Assembly (NCBI RefSeq): GCF_000017945.1
Contig: NC_009776.1
Location: 690,001-722,000, forward strand
Source of the DNA: Ignicoccus hospitalis KIN4/I
GTDB taxonomy: Archaea; Thermoproteota; Thermoprotei_A; Sulfolobales; Ignicoccaceae
Length of the DNA: 32,000 nucleotides
Direction: 5' to 3'
In this document: one piece after another, positions 9,195-18,444 of the stretch
How the letters are laid out: every line of letters begins with the position of its first letter
Position numbering within the stretch: position 1 is the stretch's first letter
Translations under genes and position numbers: made by a program
Notes under the pieces: generated by a model
The model's database searches: none
What the model was told of the DNA's origin: nothing
Seen by the model: only the letters and a program-made list of their open reading frames with translations

Positions 9195-9800
9195 ATGAAG
9201 TACTTACTCGACACCATGAGGGAAATTGCCACATTTATATACTTCGCGAGCAAGATGTTGAAGGAGCATCAGGTTGAAGAGTTCACGAACTTGTTAGTGA
9301 AGATCTATAACACTCCCAACAGTAAGGTATTAGTAATGGGAGCCGGTCGCAGCGGCCTAGTGGCTAGGGCCTTTGCTATGAGGTTGATGCACCTAGGTTA
9401 CAACGCTTACGTGCTGGGGGACACCATAGTTCCTAGCGTGAGAGAGGGGGACGTGGTAATTGCCATCTCTGGCTCGGGGAGCACCAAGCTCGTGTTGGCC
9501 GCGGCCGAGGCGGCCAAGCAAGTGGGGGCGACAGTTGTGGTCCTCACCAGCTACCCCAACTCCCCCTTAGGGAAGTTGGCCGACGTAGTGGTGGAAATAC
9601 CCGGGAGGACTAAGTTGTCGAAATCGCAAGACTACTTCTCCCGCCAGATCCTCGGCCAGCACGAGCCCCTCGCCCCACTCGGAACGCTCTTCGAGATAAC
9701 GGTCCAAGCCTTCTTGGACAGCTTGGTGGTAGAGCTCATGAACAGGCTGGGTAAGAGCGAGGAAGACTTAAGAATGCAGCACGCCAACATAGAGCTGTGA
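9195..9800 (+). CDS. hxlB: 6-phospho-3-hexuloisomerase (SIS domain)
   Basis: [56 protein letters not shown]...[17 protein letters not shown]: PHI family signature. Confidence 0.92.
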   Translation: MKYLLDTMREIATFIYFASKMLKEHQVEEFTNLLVKIYNTPNSKVLVMGAGRSGLVARAFAMRLMHLGYNAYVLGDTIVPSVREGDVVIAISGSGSTKLVLAAAEAAKQVGATVVVLTSYPNSPLGKLADVVVEIPGRTKLSKSQDYFSRQILGQHEPLAPLGTLFEITVQAFLDSLVVELMNRLGKSEEDLRMQHANIEL

Positions 9801-10654
9801 GGTTCGAGGTACTGAGGGAGTTCGACCCGTGGAACGGGCCCTTGTGCACGTGTCCTAGGAAGTACAGCCTCCAACCGTATACCGGTTGTCCGTTTTCCTG
9901 CCTTTACTGTTACGCGACGTCCTATATAGGGAAGAAGTTCTACCCCAAAAAGAACTTCTTGGAGAGGCTCGAGTGCGACTTGAGGAAGGCCGATAGATCA
10001 AAGGTGATAAACGTGTCTACTTCCAGCGACCCCTACCCGCCTATAGAGGAGAGGCTGGAGCTCACCAGGGGAGCGTTGAAACTCATCAGGGACTACGGCT
10101 TCAAGGTCCTCATAACGACGAAGGGGGTGCTCTTCGAGAGGGACGCGGATTTAATTGAAGGGATCGGGGCGATAATGGTTACGATAACTACCTTGGACGA
10201 GGAGTTGGCCAGAGTTATGGAGCCGGGCGCCCCCTCCCCCCTGGAGAGGCTCGAGGCCATCAAGAGGGTCTCGCACAGAGTTCCGGTAGGGGTCAGAATA
10301 GACCCGGTGGTCCCCGGGGTAAACGACTCGGAGGACGACATCAAAGAGATGTTGAAGTTGTTGAAAAACGCTGGCGTAAAACACGTGACGACGTCAACTT
10401 ACAAGGCGAAGCCGGACAACTTGAAAAGGATGACTAAGGCCTTCCCGCATTTGAAGGAGTTGTACAAGAGCGCCGTAAAGGTTGGGGGTTACCTCTACTT
10501 GCCCGAGGAGCTCAGACGTGAGCTCTTGAGGCCCGTGGCCGAGGGGGCCAAGAGGTTGGGCATGAGCTATGCTTTCTGTAGGGAAGGTTTCCCCTTCGAG
10601 GCGCCCTCTTGCGACGGCTCTCACTTGATACCTAGCAAGCACTTGCCCTCGTAG
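9797..10654 (+). CDS. SPL/SplB-like radical SAM protein
   Basis: [23 protein letters not shown] (CxxxCxxC), [39 protein letters not shown]. Confidence 0.9.
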   Translation: MRFEVLREFDPWNGPLCTCPRKYSLQPYTGCPFSCLYCYATSYIGKKFYPKKNFLERLECDLRKADRSKVINVSTSSDPYPPIEERLELTRGALKLIRDYGFKVLITTKGVLFERDADLIEGIGAIMVTITTLDEELARVMEPGAPSPLERLEAIKRVSHRVPVGVRIDPVVPGVNDSEDDIKEMLKLLKNAGVKHVTTSTYKAKPDNLKRMTKAFPHLKELYKSAVKVGGYLYLPEELRRELLRPVAEGAKRLGMSYAFCREGFPFEAPSCDGSHLIPSKHLPS

Positions 10655-10944
10655 TTACAAGGGCAGGCCGCACAAGCGCTTTCCTTGGGACACTTCTTCG
10701 GTATGGACGCTCCTTCCTCTAGCCTTTTGATTACGTACTCGAGCACTTCTACGCCCAACTTCCCGGCCCTCACCAGACACTTCTGAATAGCGTCCAGCTG
10801 CGCGAGCCCTTCTCTAAATAGGGAGCATTCCTTCCACCTCTTTGTATGTAGGCCCAAGAAGTCCGGGTAGGCCCTCCCGTCTACCAGACACAAGTACATC
10901 AACTTGTTCAGCTTCCTAGCGAAGGGGCACTGTTCGCCGTCCAT
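10621..10944 (-). CDS. Hypothetical Cys-rich protein (possible metal/Fe-S binding)
   Basis: 107 aa with 9 Cys, including the C-terminal cluster [18 protein letters not shown]. Convergent overlap with the radical SAM gene. Confidence 0.6.
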   Translation of the reverse strand: MDGEQCPFARKLNKLMYLCLVDGRAYPDFLGLHTKRWKECSLFREGLAQLDAIQKCLVRAGKLGVEVLEYVIKRLEEGASIPKKCPKESACAACPCNYEGKCLLGIK

Positions 10945-11011
10945 GGCGAGTTCACCTTAACTCCCCGAGCCGTGTGGCCTTCCGGGGTAAGGCATTAAGA
11001 GAATTCTACAT

Positions 11012-11680
11012 GTGATAATGGCTTATTCGGCCCTCGAGCTGGTGCCCAGAGAGATAGCCGGACACCCGGAGGTCAGAAAGTACGCGGAGAGGAGGAACAA
11101 GCCGCCAACCAAAGTGATCTTGGACAAGAGTTACCATTACCACGCTATGAGCAAGCTGAAGGATAAGGAGAACAGGGGGAGGCCGGACATAGTTTTCATG
11201 TTCCTCGCAGCGGCGCTCTCCTCGCCGCTCAACCTCAGAGGGATGTTGAGGGTTTACGTCCACACTAGGGATGACTTGGTAATATTTGTAAACCCTAAGA
11301 TGAAGCCCATTAGAAGCTACGAGAGGTTCCTAGGGATAATGGAACAGCTGTTCGAGGAAGGGAGAGTTCCCCCGGACAGCGAAGAGCCCATGCTGGAGAT
11401 AAAAAATATGAACCTTAGGTACTTGGTAAAGAAGGTCATAGGAAGTGAAGGGATTATCTTGATGGATCCCAACGCCCCTTTGGTAAGTCCAAAGGGGGTT
11501 GCTGAAGAGGCTAAGGAACTGCCCGTGGTGGTGGGGGGCTTCCCCCGAGGGGACTTCGGCTTAGACGCTTACAAGTTGGCCAAGAGGAGGTATTACATAT
11601 TCCCGACGATTCTCGACCACTGGCTGGTAGCGGACCGAATTATAGCCTCCTTCGAAGAGCTGGCGGGGATATATCAGTGA
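11012..11680 (+). CDS. nep1: Ribosome biogenesis protein Nep1/Emg1 (N1-specific pseudouridine methyltransferase)
   Basis: ILDKSYHYHAM, GRPDIVFMFLAAALSSPLN, LRVYVHTRDDLVIFVNP, VVVGGFPRGDF: Nep1 SPOUT-fold motifs. Confidence 0.92.
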   Translation: MIMAYSALELVPREIAGHPEVRKYAERRNKPPTKVILDKSYHYHAMSKLKDKENRGRPDIVFMFLAAALSSPLNLRGMLRVYVHTRDDLVIFVNPKMKPIRSYERFLGIMEQLFEEGRVPPDSEEPMLEIKNMNLRYLVKKVIGSEGIILMDPNAPLVSPKGVAEEAKELPVVVGGFPRGDFGLDAYKLAKRRYYIFPTILDHWLVADRIIASFEELAGIYQ

Positions 11681-12126
11681 ACGTGACAGAGATCGTAATT
11701 GCATTGTTAGTAGTGATAGCTTCAGTAGCAGTAGGCTACTTCGACGCTTTAACATTCGGAGGCTCGATAAACGTACTGAACCCCGCAACGGCCTTTGCGG
11801 CCGTAGTGGCTTTCGTATTGATAGTGGTGTACGATAAAAGCTACGGAAGGCTTTACGAGACCGTTACGAAGGCCAGCGTACTCGCCGCGGTGGTGTTGGA
11901 CGCGTTAAGGGTAATCAGCTTGACTGGGGGCCTAATGGTGCCGAAGGCTTTGAAATTGGCGCTTACGTGGTTAGGCCCGCTTTGGATAGAGACGAAGGAC
12001 ATAATCTTGTTCGCGACCAGGCCGGAGGCAATAGGGCCCGAAGCGTTTACGGCTAAGGCGTTGGCCCTCGACCCCGTTCCCTTTATAGTGTTGGGCTACT
12101 ACTTCCTCGTCCGCCGGAAGTCGTGA
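11677..12126 (+). CDS. Hypothetical membrane protein
   Basis: 149 aa with 4 likely TM segments; start codon overlaps the nep1 stop. Confidence 0.7.
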   Translation: MNVTEIVIALLVVIASVAVGYFDALTFGGSINVLNPATAFAAVVAFVLIVVYDKSYGRLYETVTKASVLAAVVLDALRVISLTGGLMVPKALKLALTWLGPLWIETKDIILFATRPEAIGPEAFTAKALALDPVPFIVLGYYFLVRRKS

Positions 12127-12127
12127 A

Positions 12128-12137
12128 AACTTATAAG
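12128..12137 (+). promoter_or_regulatory. TATA-like box (acttataaga) of the tRNA gene
   Basis: cttataag lies about 30 nt upstream of the mature tRNA 5' end at 12165. Confidence 0.55.
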
Positions 12138-12164
12138 ACGGATGACTTCCCCTGTGGCCGGAGG

Positions 12165-12242
12165 GCCGCCGTAGTATAGCCCGGCCAAGTATGCGGGCCT
12201 TTCAAGCCCGTGACCCGGGTTCAAATCCCGGCGGCGGCACCA
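12165..12242 (+). tRNA. tRNA-Glu (anticodon TTC), CCA encoded
   Basis: Acceptor gccgccg/cggcggc, anticodon arm cgggc-cTTTCaa-gcccg, T arm ccggg-ttcaaat-cccgg, discriminator A then CCA; no intron visible. Confidence 0.96.
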
Positions 12243-12360
12243 AAACCTCAAATCCCACCAGAGGCCTTAATCCACGGACTCCGGGAAGCTGGGAGCCTTA
12301 AGCTCGCGCCCCCCGCTGAGAGGCTTTAAATCTCCCTCACAAGGGGCGCGGGGGAACGGT

Positions 12361-12624
12361 ATGGGTAAGAGGACCAAAGTGGTAGGCATAGCCGGCCGGT
12401 TCGGGGCTAGGTACGGCTCCACCTTGAGGAAGCAGTGGAAGCAAGTTATGGAGGCCCGCTACGCTCCCCACACTTGTCCTTACTGTGGGATAAAGGGATA
12501 CGTGAAGAGGATCGCCGTGGGGCTCTGGAAGTGCGAGAAGTGCGGCAGAGTCTTCGCGGGGGCGGCTTACGTGCCGGTCTCCGGCCTCAACAAGGCTTGG
12601 GGAGCTAAGCCGGAAAGGAGGTAA
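12361..12624 (+). CDS. rpl37ae: Large ribosomal subunit protein eL43 (L37Ae)
   Basis: GRFGARYGSTLRKQWKQVMEARYAPHTCPYCG...KRIAVGLWKCEKCGRVFAGAAYVP: zinc ribbon L37Ae. Confidence 0.97.
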   Translation: MGKRTKVVGIAGRFGARYGSTLRKQWKQVMEARYAPHTCPYCGIKGYVKRIAVGLWKCEKCGRVFAGAAYVPVSGLNKAWGAKPERR

Positions 12625-12630
12625 GACTTT

Positions 12631-13173
12631 TTGAAGGTTTTAATAACTACAGCCTACTCGCCCTCTCCGAGGACCAGGACGTTCGTCAAAGACTTGGTCT
12701 CAGTGCTCCCCGGCTCCTCTAAGCTTAGCAGAGGAAAGATATCAATGGAGCTCTTAGGAGCAATAGCGGCCGACGAGGGGGCCGACAAGGTAATAATAGT
12801 TAAAGAGTACCACGGGAACCCCTCCTCCCTAGAGGTCTACGACGTCGTGGACGCGGAGCTGGTGCCGAGGGGAACGATAAAGCTCAAGGGGGTGACCCTC
12901 TCGTCCGAAAGGGGTAAGAGAGTATACAATGCGAGGAAGGTAGGCATTAGGGCTTACTCTCTCATCCCCGAGGCCCAAGAAATGGCTGAGAAGCTTTCGG
13001 AGCTGTTGGGTTTGCCGTTAATAGAGAAGGAAGAAGAGGCGAGCGAGTACGACTTGATACTGGACGTAGAGCCGCACGAAGCGGGCTTCGAAGTGATCTT
13101 CAGGACGCCGGGGTCGCGCGCCCCGGTGGGCCCCTCTTTGAGGGTGAGGGAAGTTGTGGAGGGGGAGGGCTGA
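12631..13173 (+). CDS. Brix-domain ribosomal biogenesis protein (archaeal Imp4-like)
   Basis: ITTAYSPSPRTRTFVKDLVSVLPGSSKLSRGK...; position between rpl37ae and pcc1. Confidence 0.88.
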   Translation: MKVLITTAYSPSPRTRTFVKDLVSVLPGSSKLSRGKISMELLGAIAADEGADKVIIVKEYHGNPSSLEVYDVVDAELVPRGTIKLKGVTLSSERGKRVYNARKVGIRAYSLIPEAQEMAEKLSELLGLPLIEKEEEASEYDLILDVEPHEAGFEVIFRTPGSRAPVGPSLRVREVVEGEG

Positions 13174-13393
13174 GATAGAGCTAGACGGGCCTTGCTCCGA
13201 GGCAGTCTTAAAGGCGTTGAAGAGGGAAGTACTCGACCCACCCTCAGAGAGGAGAGTCAGGATATACATGACGGATAATAAGATAACGATAGAGGCTGAG
13301 GACTTGAGGGCCCTCAGGGCGACGTTGAACTCCTTCCTCTATTGGATTTATGCGGCTTGTGAGAGCCTCTCCCAGCTCTTAAGTCTTCCTTAG
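13154..13393 (+). CDS. pcc1: KEOPS complex subunit Pcc1
   Basis: Short CTAG/PCC1-like protein: AVLKALKREVLDPPSERRVRIYMTDNKITIEAEDLRALRATLNSFLYWI. Confidence 0.88.
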   Translation: MWRGRAEIELDGPCSEAVLKALKREVLDPPSERRVRIYMTDNKITIEAEDLRALRATLNSFLYWIYAACESLSQLLSLP

Positions 13394-13412
13394 GCGGGCC
13401 TAAAGGAGAGCC

Positions 13413-14177
13413 ATGTTCGTGGTGTTCGCCGGGACGGCCGGCTCGGGCAAGAGCAGCCTGGTGGCCTCCTTCAGTGACTGGATAAGGAAAGAGGTCGGCT
13501 TGAAGATATCAGTGGTTAATTTGGACCCGGGCGCCGAGGCCCTCCCTTACCAGCCGGACTTCGACATACGCCAACTGTTCACCATTAGGGAAATAATGCA
13601 GAAGTACGGGCTGGGGCCCAACGGCGCCTTCTTAAAGGCGGCCGAACTGTTGGGAGAATATTCCAGAGAGATAATTAGGCATAAGGTGTTCAGAAGCTTC
13701 TCCGACTACATTTTGATAGATACGCCGGGCCAGCTAGAGATGTTCTTGTTTAGGCCTGAAGGTACGCAGTTCTTGAAGAAGCTGGAGAGGCTGAGGCCAG
13801 TACTGATAGTCTACATAGTGGACGGCTCCTTGGCTCCCCACCCGGAGGACTTGCTAACGAGCTACATGTTGAGCTTAATGCTCCAAGCTAAGTCAGAGCT
13901 CCAAGTGGTCACTGTGATAAATAAGGTCGACTTAGTAAGCGAGGAAGACATGAAAACCATTAGGTTGCTCATAGAGAACCCCGAGGAGTTCGCCAAGTCT
14001 GTGGCTGACAAGGTGGGAGGGATAGCCGGCGATATGATAATGGACTTGATAAAGATAGTTGAGATGTACGCCCCTCCGGAGAGGGCTATACTGGTCTCCG
14101 CGAAGACTAAGGAAGGCTTGAGGGAGTTGTACGACCTCGTCCACGAGGTCTACTGTAGTTGTGGAGACCTTACTTGA
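13413..14177 (+). CDS. GPN-loop GTPase
   Basis: Walker A GTAGSGKSSL, LDPGAEALPYQPDFDIR, GPNGA motif, IDTPGQLEMF, TVINKVDL. Confidence 0.94.
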   Translation: MFVVFAGTAGSGKSSLVASFSDWIRKEVGLKISVVNLDPGAEALPYQPDFDIRQLFTIREIMQKYGLGPNGAFLKAAELLGEYSREIIRHKVFRSFSDYILIDTPGQLEMFLFRPEGTQFLKKLERLRPVLIVYIVDGSLAPHPEDLLTSYMLSLMLQAKSELQVVTVINKVDLVSEEDMKTIRLLIENPEEFAKSVADKVGGIAGDMIMDLIKIVEMYAPPERAILVSAKTKEGLRELYDLVHEVYCSCGDLT

Positions 14178-14280
14178 AGCGTCGCCAGCCTTTGGCCCCT
14201 CGTCACCCCTCAGCTCCTGCGTGGCCGCTCATCCGCCTCTCGATTAATCTTCCCGCCTCGACCGCTACTTAGAGGTTCGG

Positions 14281-15381
14281 GTGAAGGACACGCCCTTCGC
14301 AAAAGTAACCGAGGAGTTGATAGAATACTTAAAGATGAGGTGGTTGGGCTTCGAAGGGGAAGGGGAGTTCGCCCGCTACTGGAACGGCGAGCCCATCATC
14401 TTCGAGGGGGAACTGGAGGGGTGGCTGAAGAGGTTCCCGTGGGCGAGGACCGTCTACGCGAGCGCCGACCTATATCGGGGCAAGGAGAGGCTCGCCTCCG
14501 ACGTAGTTCTGAAGGTTAGGCCCGACGCGTGGGAGGCCGTGGCTAGGGCCGTCAAACGCGAGGGAGCGTCCCCGTGGTTCTTGAGCAACTCCTCCGAGGT
14601 CTACGTCTTGGTCAGCAGGAAGTGTTTCAGCTCCCTCAAGAGGGTCACCCCCTCCTACGTGGCCCGTAAGCTGGCGGAGGAGGCGGGGCTGGAGGTCTTC
14701 TACGAGGCGTTGACCGTCGAGAGGTTCCCGCCGGCGCCTTACACGTACTCCAGCTCCGGGCCCTTCCTCCCCTTGAGGAGACCCAACGAGGAAGCGATTG
14801 ACGTGTGTGAAGGAAGTTTAGAGGAGTTCGTTAAACGGTGTGAGGAGGGCGCGCCCCGGGAGTTCGCCCACCCCGGGCGCTTCCCAGTAATGGCCCTCTT
14901 GCAAGCCGTCAGATACTACTTGGTTATGGGTAACTTAATGAAGGCGCTGAGCTTCGGCTTAAACAGGGCGATATTTTACGCTTGGTTGAAGTACTACTAC
15001 AACCCTAGGTCCGCGAGGAGGCCGCCGGGCTACGACGAAAAGGTCCTAAAGAAGATAGAGAAGCTTCGCCCCTTGAGCCCTCTGAAGGACAAGGCCCCGC
15101 TGTGCGGGGAGTGGTTCTGCATGGGAGACAAGCCCCAAAGGCCAGAGGACTTCTACGCTCAAGTGTGGAGGCGCTTCGAGCGCTCCGGGTTGCCGTTCGA
15201 AATAGCTTGGGACAAGGCCTTGGATTACGTCTCAAGCTTCCCTTACTCGGTACTCATAAATCCTAACTCCTTCTTCAAGTTAGTATACGAACCGGTGAGG
15301 GACGACTTCTCGCGCGTAATAGAGCATAAAGCGCGTCGGCGCGCCACGCTCTCGGACTTCTTCCAACGGGGCTCCCGATGA
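14281..15381 (+). CDS. Hypothetical protein with a C-terminal PIP-box-like motif
   Basis: GTG start, 366 aa, strong coding character. C-terminus RATLSDFFQRGSR. Confidence 0.75.
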   Translation: MKDTPFAKVTEELIEYLKMRWLGFEGEGEFARYWNGEPIIFEGELEGWLKRFPWARTVYASADLYRGKERLASDVVLKVRPDAWEAVARAVKREGASPWFLSNSSEVYVLVSRKCFSSLKRVTPSYVARKLAEEAGLEVFYEALTVERFPPAPYTYSSSGPFLPLRRPNEEAIDVCEGSLEEFVKRCEEGAPREFAHPGRFPVMALLQAVRYYLVMGNLMKALSFGLNRAIFYAWLKYYYNPRSARRPPGYDEKVLKKIEKLRPLSPLKDKAPLCGEWFCMGDKPQRPEDFYAQVWRRFERSGLPFEIAWDKALDYVSSFPYSVLINPNSFFKLVYEPVRDDFSRVIEHKARRRATLSDFFQRGSR

Positions 15382-15478
15382 GGAAGGTAAAGCGGTCGCC
15401 GAGGCGGTGAGGTAACTCCCATGGACCGAGGAAAAGGGTTTTTGACCGTCCGTCTGTCATAGTTTATGGTCGGAAACC

Positions 15479-15658
15479 GTGAGGAAGAGGGGCATTACGT
15501 TGCAAGACGCCCTCACTATAGTTATGATACTGTGGCTGAGCTTGAGCATACTGGCGCTGTTAATAGACATATACTTGGCGTTGCACCATATAAGCAAGGG
15601 GAACTATAACATAACGATACCCCTAAGAATAGGGATAACGTTGCCCTTAGGTCCTTGA
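15479..15658 (+). CDS. Possible small membrane protein (59 aa), not in the supplied ORF track
   Basis: GTG start: MRKRGITLQDALTIVMILWLSLSILALLIDIYLALHHISKGNYNITIPLRIGITLPLGP*. Exactly fills the gap between two genes. Confidence 0.45.
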   Translation: MRKRGITLQDALTIVMILWLSLSILALLIDIYLALHHISKGNYNITIPLRIGITLPLGP

Positions 15659-15665
15659 TATCGCG

Positions 15666-16706
15666 TTATATCGCGTCCAAAAACCTCAACCTTTTGGGTA
15701 TGGGCGGATGGCTCATGAACAGCTCCACAATCGGGTTGGTCCTCTCCGCCTTTAACCTCTCAACTATGTCGTCTATGTCGTAGAACGGCTCAGCGAACGC
15801 GTATATGAACAGCATCTTGGCGGGCGAGTCCACGAAGCGGGCGACTTCCTCCTTAAGGGCTGGGTCGCTCTTCAAGCTCTCGAACGCTAAGTGTATCCTA
15901 GCCAAGGCCCTCTGCATGTTTCTCTTACCGCTTACCTTGGCCCCGTGCAAGTCTGCGTAGTACTCCCTTAACCTGTTGAATTGGAGCAGCACGAAGTTGA
16001 GAGCTATGCCTATTGCTAGAAGCGCCATCCCTACGAACATTAGCGCGCTCCCTTCGTTCCTCTCGTCCCTGCTCGTGGCGCCGGAGAAGAAGCCCCAGTC
16101 TACCAGCACCCTGCCCAAATAGTAGATCAGCATCGGCGCCAGCGACAGCGCCAGTATCAACCAAACATCTCCGTGCCTGTGGTGGCCGAGCTCGTGGCCT
16201 ATGACCGCTTCCAGCTCTTCTTCGGTGGCGACGTTTAGCATGCCCCTCGTTACAGCAACGTACTTCCCTGTCAGGAAGTTACCGTACGCAAAGGCGTTAG
16301 GGATGTTGACGTCAGCGACCAAGGCTTTGGGAGGTTTCTTGAACCCTGCCTTGGCAGCCAACGCCTTTACCATCTCCGCCAGCCTAGGCTCGACTTCCTC
16401 GGCGGGTTTGGTCCGGTACATTATGTTTATCAGCCACGGCGCTATTAGCCATTGTATCACTGCGAAGGCAGTTACAAAGAGCGCGAAGCCCATTAGCGTC
16501 GCGTTGAACCCAATCGTGCTTGCAATTAGGCTGTATCCCGAGTAGAGCAACAAGACGTACGCTAGGAGAGTAAGTCCCATGAACAGCTTCAGCCCTCTTT
16601 CACCCTTGGGGACCTTGTTGATTATCGGAGACAGCCCGACCATCAGTGCTAACACTAGAGCGGTCAGCAGAGGCTCAATGAAGAAGGACGGACCCCACAA
16701 GAACAT
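15666..16706 (-). CDS. HtpX-like M48 family membrane zinc metalloprotease
   Basis: ATEEELEAVIGHELGHHRHGD (HExxH), FNRLREYYADLHGAKVSG; multiple TM segments. Confidence 0.93.
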   Translation of the reverse strand: MFLWGPSFFIEPLLTALVLALMVGLSPIINKVPKGERGLKLFMGLTLLAYVLLLYSGYSLIASTIGFNATLMGFALFVTAFAVIQWLIAPWLINIMYRTKPAEEVEPRLAEMVKALAAKAGFKKPPKALVADVNIPNAFAYGNFLTGKYVAVTRGMLNVATEEELEAVIGHELGHHRHGDVWLILALSLAPMLIYYLGRVLVDWGFFSGATSRDERNEGSALMFVGMALLAIGIALNFVLLQFNRLREYYADLHGAKVSGKRNMQRALARIHLAFESLKSDPALKEEVARFVDSPAKMLFIYAFAEPFYDIDDIVERLKAERTNPIVELFMSHPPIPKRLRFLDAI

Positions 16707-16757
16707 AGCCTTAACGTACCCCGTGCAGGCAAGTGTTTCCCCCCGAGAATTAAAGTT

Positions 16758-17801
16758 TTGCGCATAATGGGGCGGCGGCGAGGCGAATTGTTGGAATACC
16801 TCTTCGGCTTAGTGAGCATGTTGGCCGACTTCGTCTACGAAGGAGGGCGCTCCGCAATACCGGCAGAGATTAGGGACCCCGTAGAGCTGGGGATAATTTC
16901 GGGAACTTCGGAGGGCTTGGGCTACCTATTAAGAGCTTTGAGCGGAGTTATGGCAGATAAGCTAGGAGCCCATTACCTATTCATGTTTCTGGGCTACTCC
17001 CTAGTGGTGGCGTACCCTATAGCGGCGCTGATACCCTCCCTCACTACCTTCCTCGTAGCCGTTGTAGTAGAGAGAATAGGGAAGGCGATAAGGTCGCCGG
17101 CCCGCGACGCCTTAGTAGCGGCCAACGTAGAAGACCCAGGAAAGGCCTTTGCAATAATAGAAGTGATGGATCAAGCGGGGGCGGTTGCCGGTCCCCTGAC
17201 GCTGTTCTTGCTCTCTTCCTACTTCGGGTTGAGGGAGTCAATGGTGGTGTTTTTTATCCCTTATATAATAATGATACTCATACTGTTGAAGTTGAGAAAC
17301 CTCAAGGTAGTTCCTAGGAAGAAGGAGGTGGTGTGGAGCGCCGGCTCGGCAGTGGCCTTCAGCTTCTTAATAGGGGCCTCTTTCGTGCAACCCATACTCT
17401 CAGTCGCTTCGGCGCCTCAGCCCGTTTTGGGCTACGCGCTAGTGATGTTGGTAGACGCGCTGGCGAGCGTACTTATGGGAAAGTTCTTTAGGAAGTTAGT
17501 CTACTTAGCGCCCTTGCTCGCGTTGTCCTCGCTGAGCTTGAAGGATTGGCGCTTCTTACCCTTGGCGGGCGTAGCGATAGCTTACACCGAGGTCGTGGTG
17601 AGGGCGGTGATAGCGGAGGCCGGAGGGGAGGGGAGGCTTTACGGCTTGGCATACGCGGCCCTAGGCTTGGGCTACTTCGTAGGAGGCCTCGTCATGCCTT
17701 CCTTGAGCGAGGCGGAGCTAGCCGTTTACTCCCTCGCGCTCTCGGGCGCGGCTTTGGCCTTCTTACCAAAGAGGGGAGAAAGGCTCATTCCAAAATTATG
17801 A
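16758..17801 (+). CDS. MFS transporter
   Basis: About 10 TM segments; VVERIGKAIRSPARDALVAANVEDPGKAFAIIEVMDQAGAVAGP resembles MFS intracellular loop motifs. Confidence 0.8.
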   Translation: MRIMGRRRGELLEYLFGLVSMLADFVYEGGRSAIPAEIRDPVELGIISGTSEGLGYLLRALSGVMADKLGAHYLFMFLGYSLVVAYPIAALIPSLTTFLVAVVVERIGKAIRSPARDALVAANVEDPGKAFAIIEVMDQAGAVAGPLTLFLLSSYFGLRESMVVFFIPYIIMILILLKLRNLKVVPRKKEVVWSAGSAVAFSFLIGASFVQPILSVASAPQPVLGYALVMLVDALASVLMGKFFRKLVYLAPLLALSSLSLKDWRFLPLAGVAIAYTEVVVRAVIAEAGGEGRLYGLAYAALGLGYFVGGLVMPSLSEAELAVYSLALSGAALAFLPKRGERLIPKL

Positions 17802-18444
17802 CGCGTTCGCCCTCCTCTAGTTTCTCCTTCGGTATTTTGCTAACAAACGTCGGATCGTCCAAGTCGCCGAAGCTCCTCGCTCCCGTGGGACAAGTCTCCA
17901 CGCAAGCCGGAAGCAACCCCTTCCTTATGCGGTGGTAACAGAGGGTGCACTTGTCCACCGCCCTACTGTATACGTCCACGCCCCTCGCCGCATATGGACA
18001 CGCAACTATGCACGCTCCGCACAAGATGCACTTGTTCTTATCGACCATGACTACCCCGTCCTTCGTAACGTAGGTGGCTCTCGTCGGGCACACGTGGGCG
18101 CACGGCGCGTCTTCGCAGTGCCTACATATCCGGTGCCAGAACTCCGCTCTAACGTTGGGGTATTTGCCCCATTCCAATCTTATCACGTTAGTCCTCGTCA
18201 TGAAAAGCTTTCCGAGGACTTCCTCTGGACTCTCTCCGCTTTCCACCCTCTTTATGGCCTCCTCCAGCGGGCTCCCTTCGTACTTGCGCAGCTTGATCAC
18301 CTTGGATAGTAGCTCCCCTATTACCCCTAGCTCCAGCGGCTTGCCCTCTTTGTACTGGTTCTCCATTACGCACGCGGCCGTACAGGCTCCGCAGCCCACG
18401 CACTTCTTGAGGTCTATTATCATAGCGGGCTTCACGGCAATCAC
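17785..18444 (-). CDS. 4Fe-4S electron-transfer subunit of a DMSO-reductase-family oxidoreductase (PsrB/NrfC-like)
   Basis: CVGCGACTAAC, CRHCEDAPCAHVCPTRA, CILCGACIVACPYAARG, CTLCYHRIRKGLLPACVETCPTGAR: four cluster motifs. Confidence 0.94.
   Translation of the reverse strand: MIAVKPAMIIDLKKCVGCGACTAACVMENQYKEGKPLELGVIGELLSKVIKLRKYEGSPLEEAIKRVESGESPEEVLGKLFMTRTNVIRLEWGKYPNVRAEFWHRICRHCEDAPCAHVCPTRATYVTKDGVVMVDKNKCILCGACIVACPYAARGVDVYSRAVDKCTLCYHRIRKGLLPACVETCPTGARSFGDLDDPTFVSKIPKEKLEEGERVIILE

Noticed and set aside
10093-10642. ORFs antisense to the radical SAM gene
   Set aside because: Low-complexity shadow translations; the sense strand carries clear radical SAM motifs.
10621-10944. Cas4-like nuclease based on the C-terminal Cys cluster
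   Set aside because: No RecB nuclease motifs, protein too short, and no neighbouring cas genes.
13413-14177. Unusual nucleotide-binding protein
   Set aside because: It is a standard archaeal GPN-loop GTPase with complete motifs; no anomaly seen.
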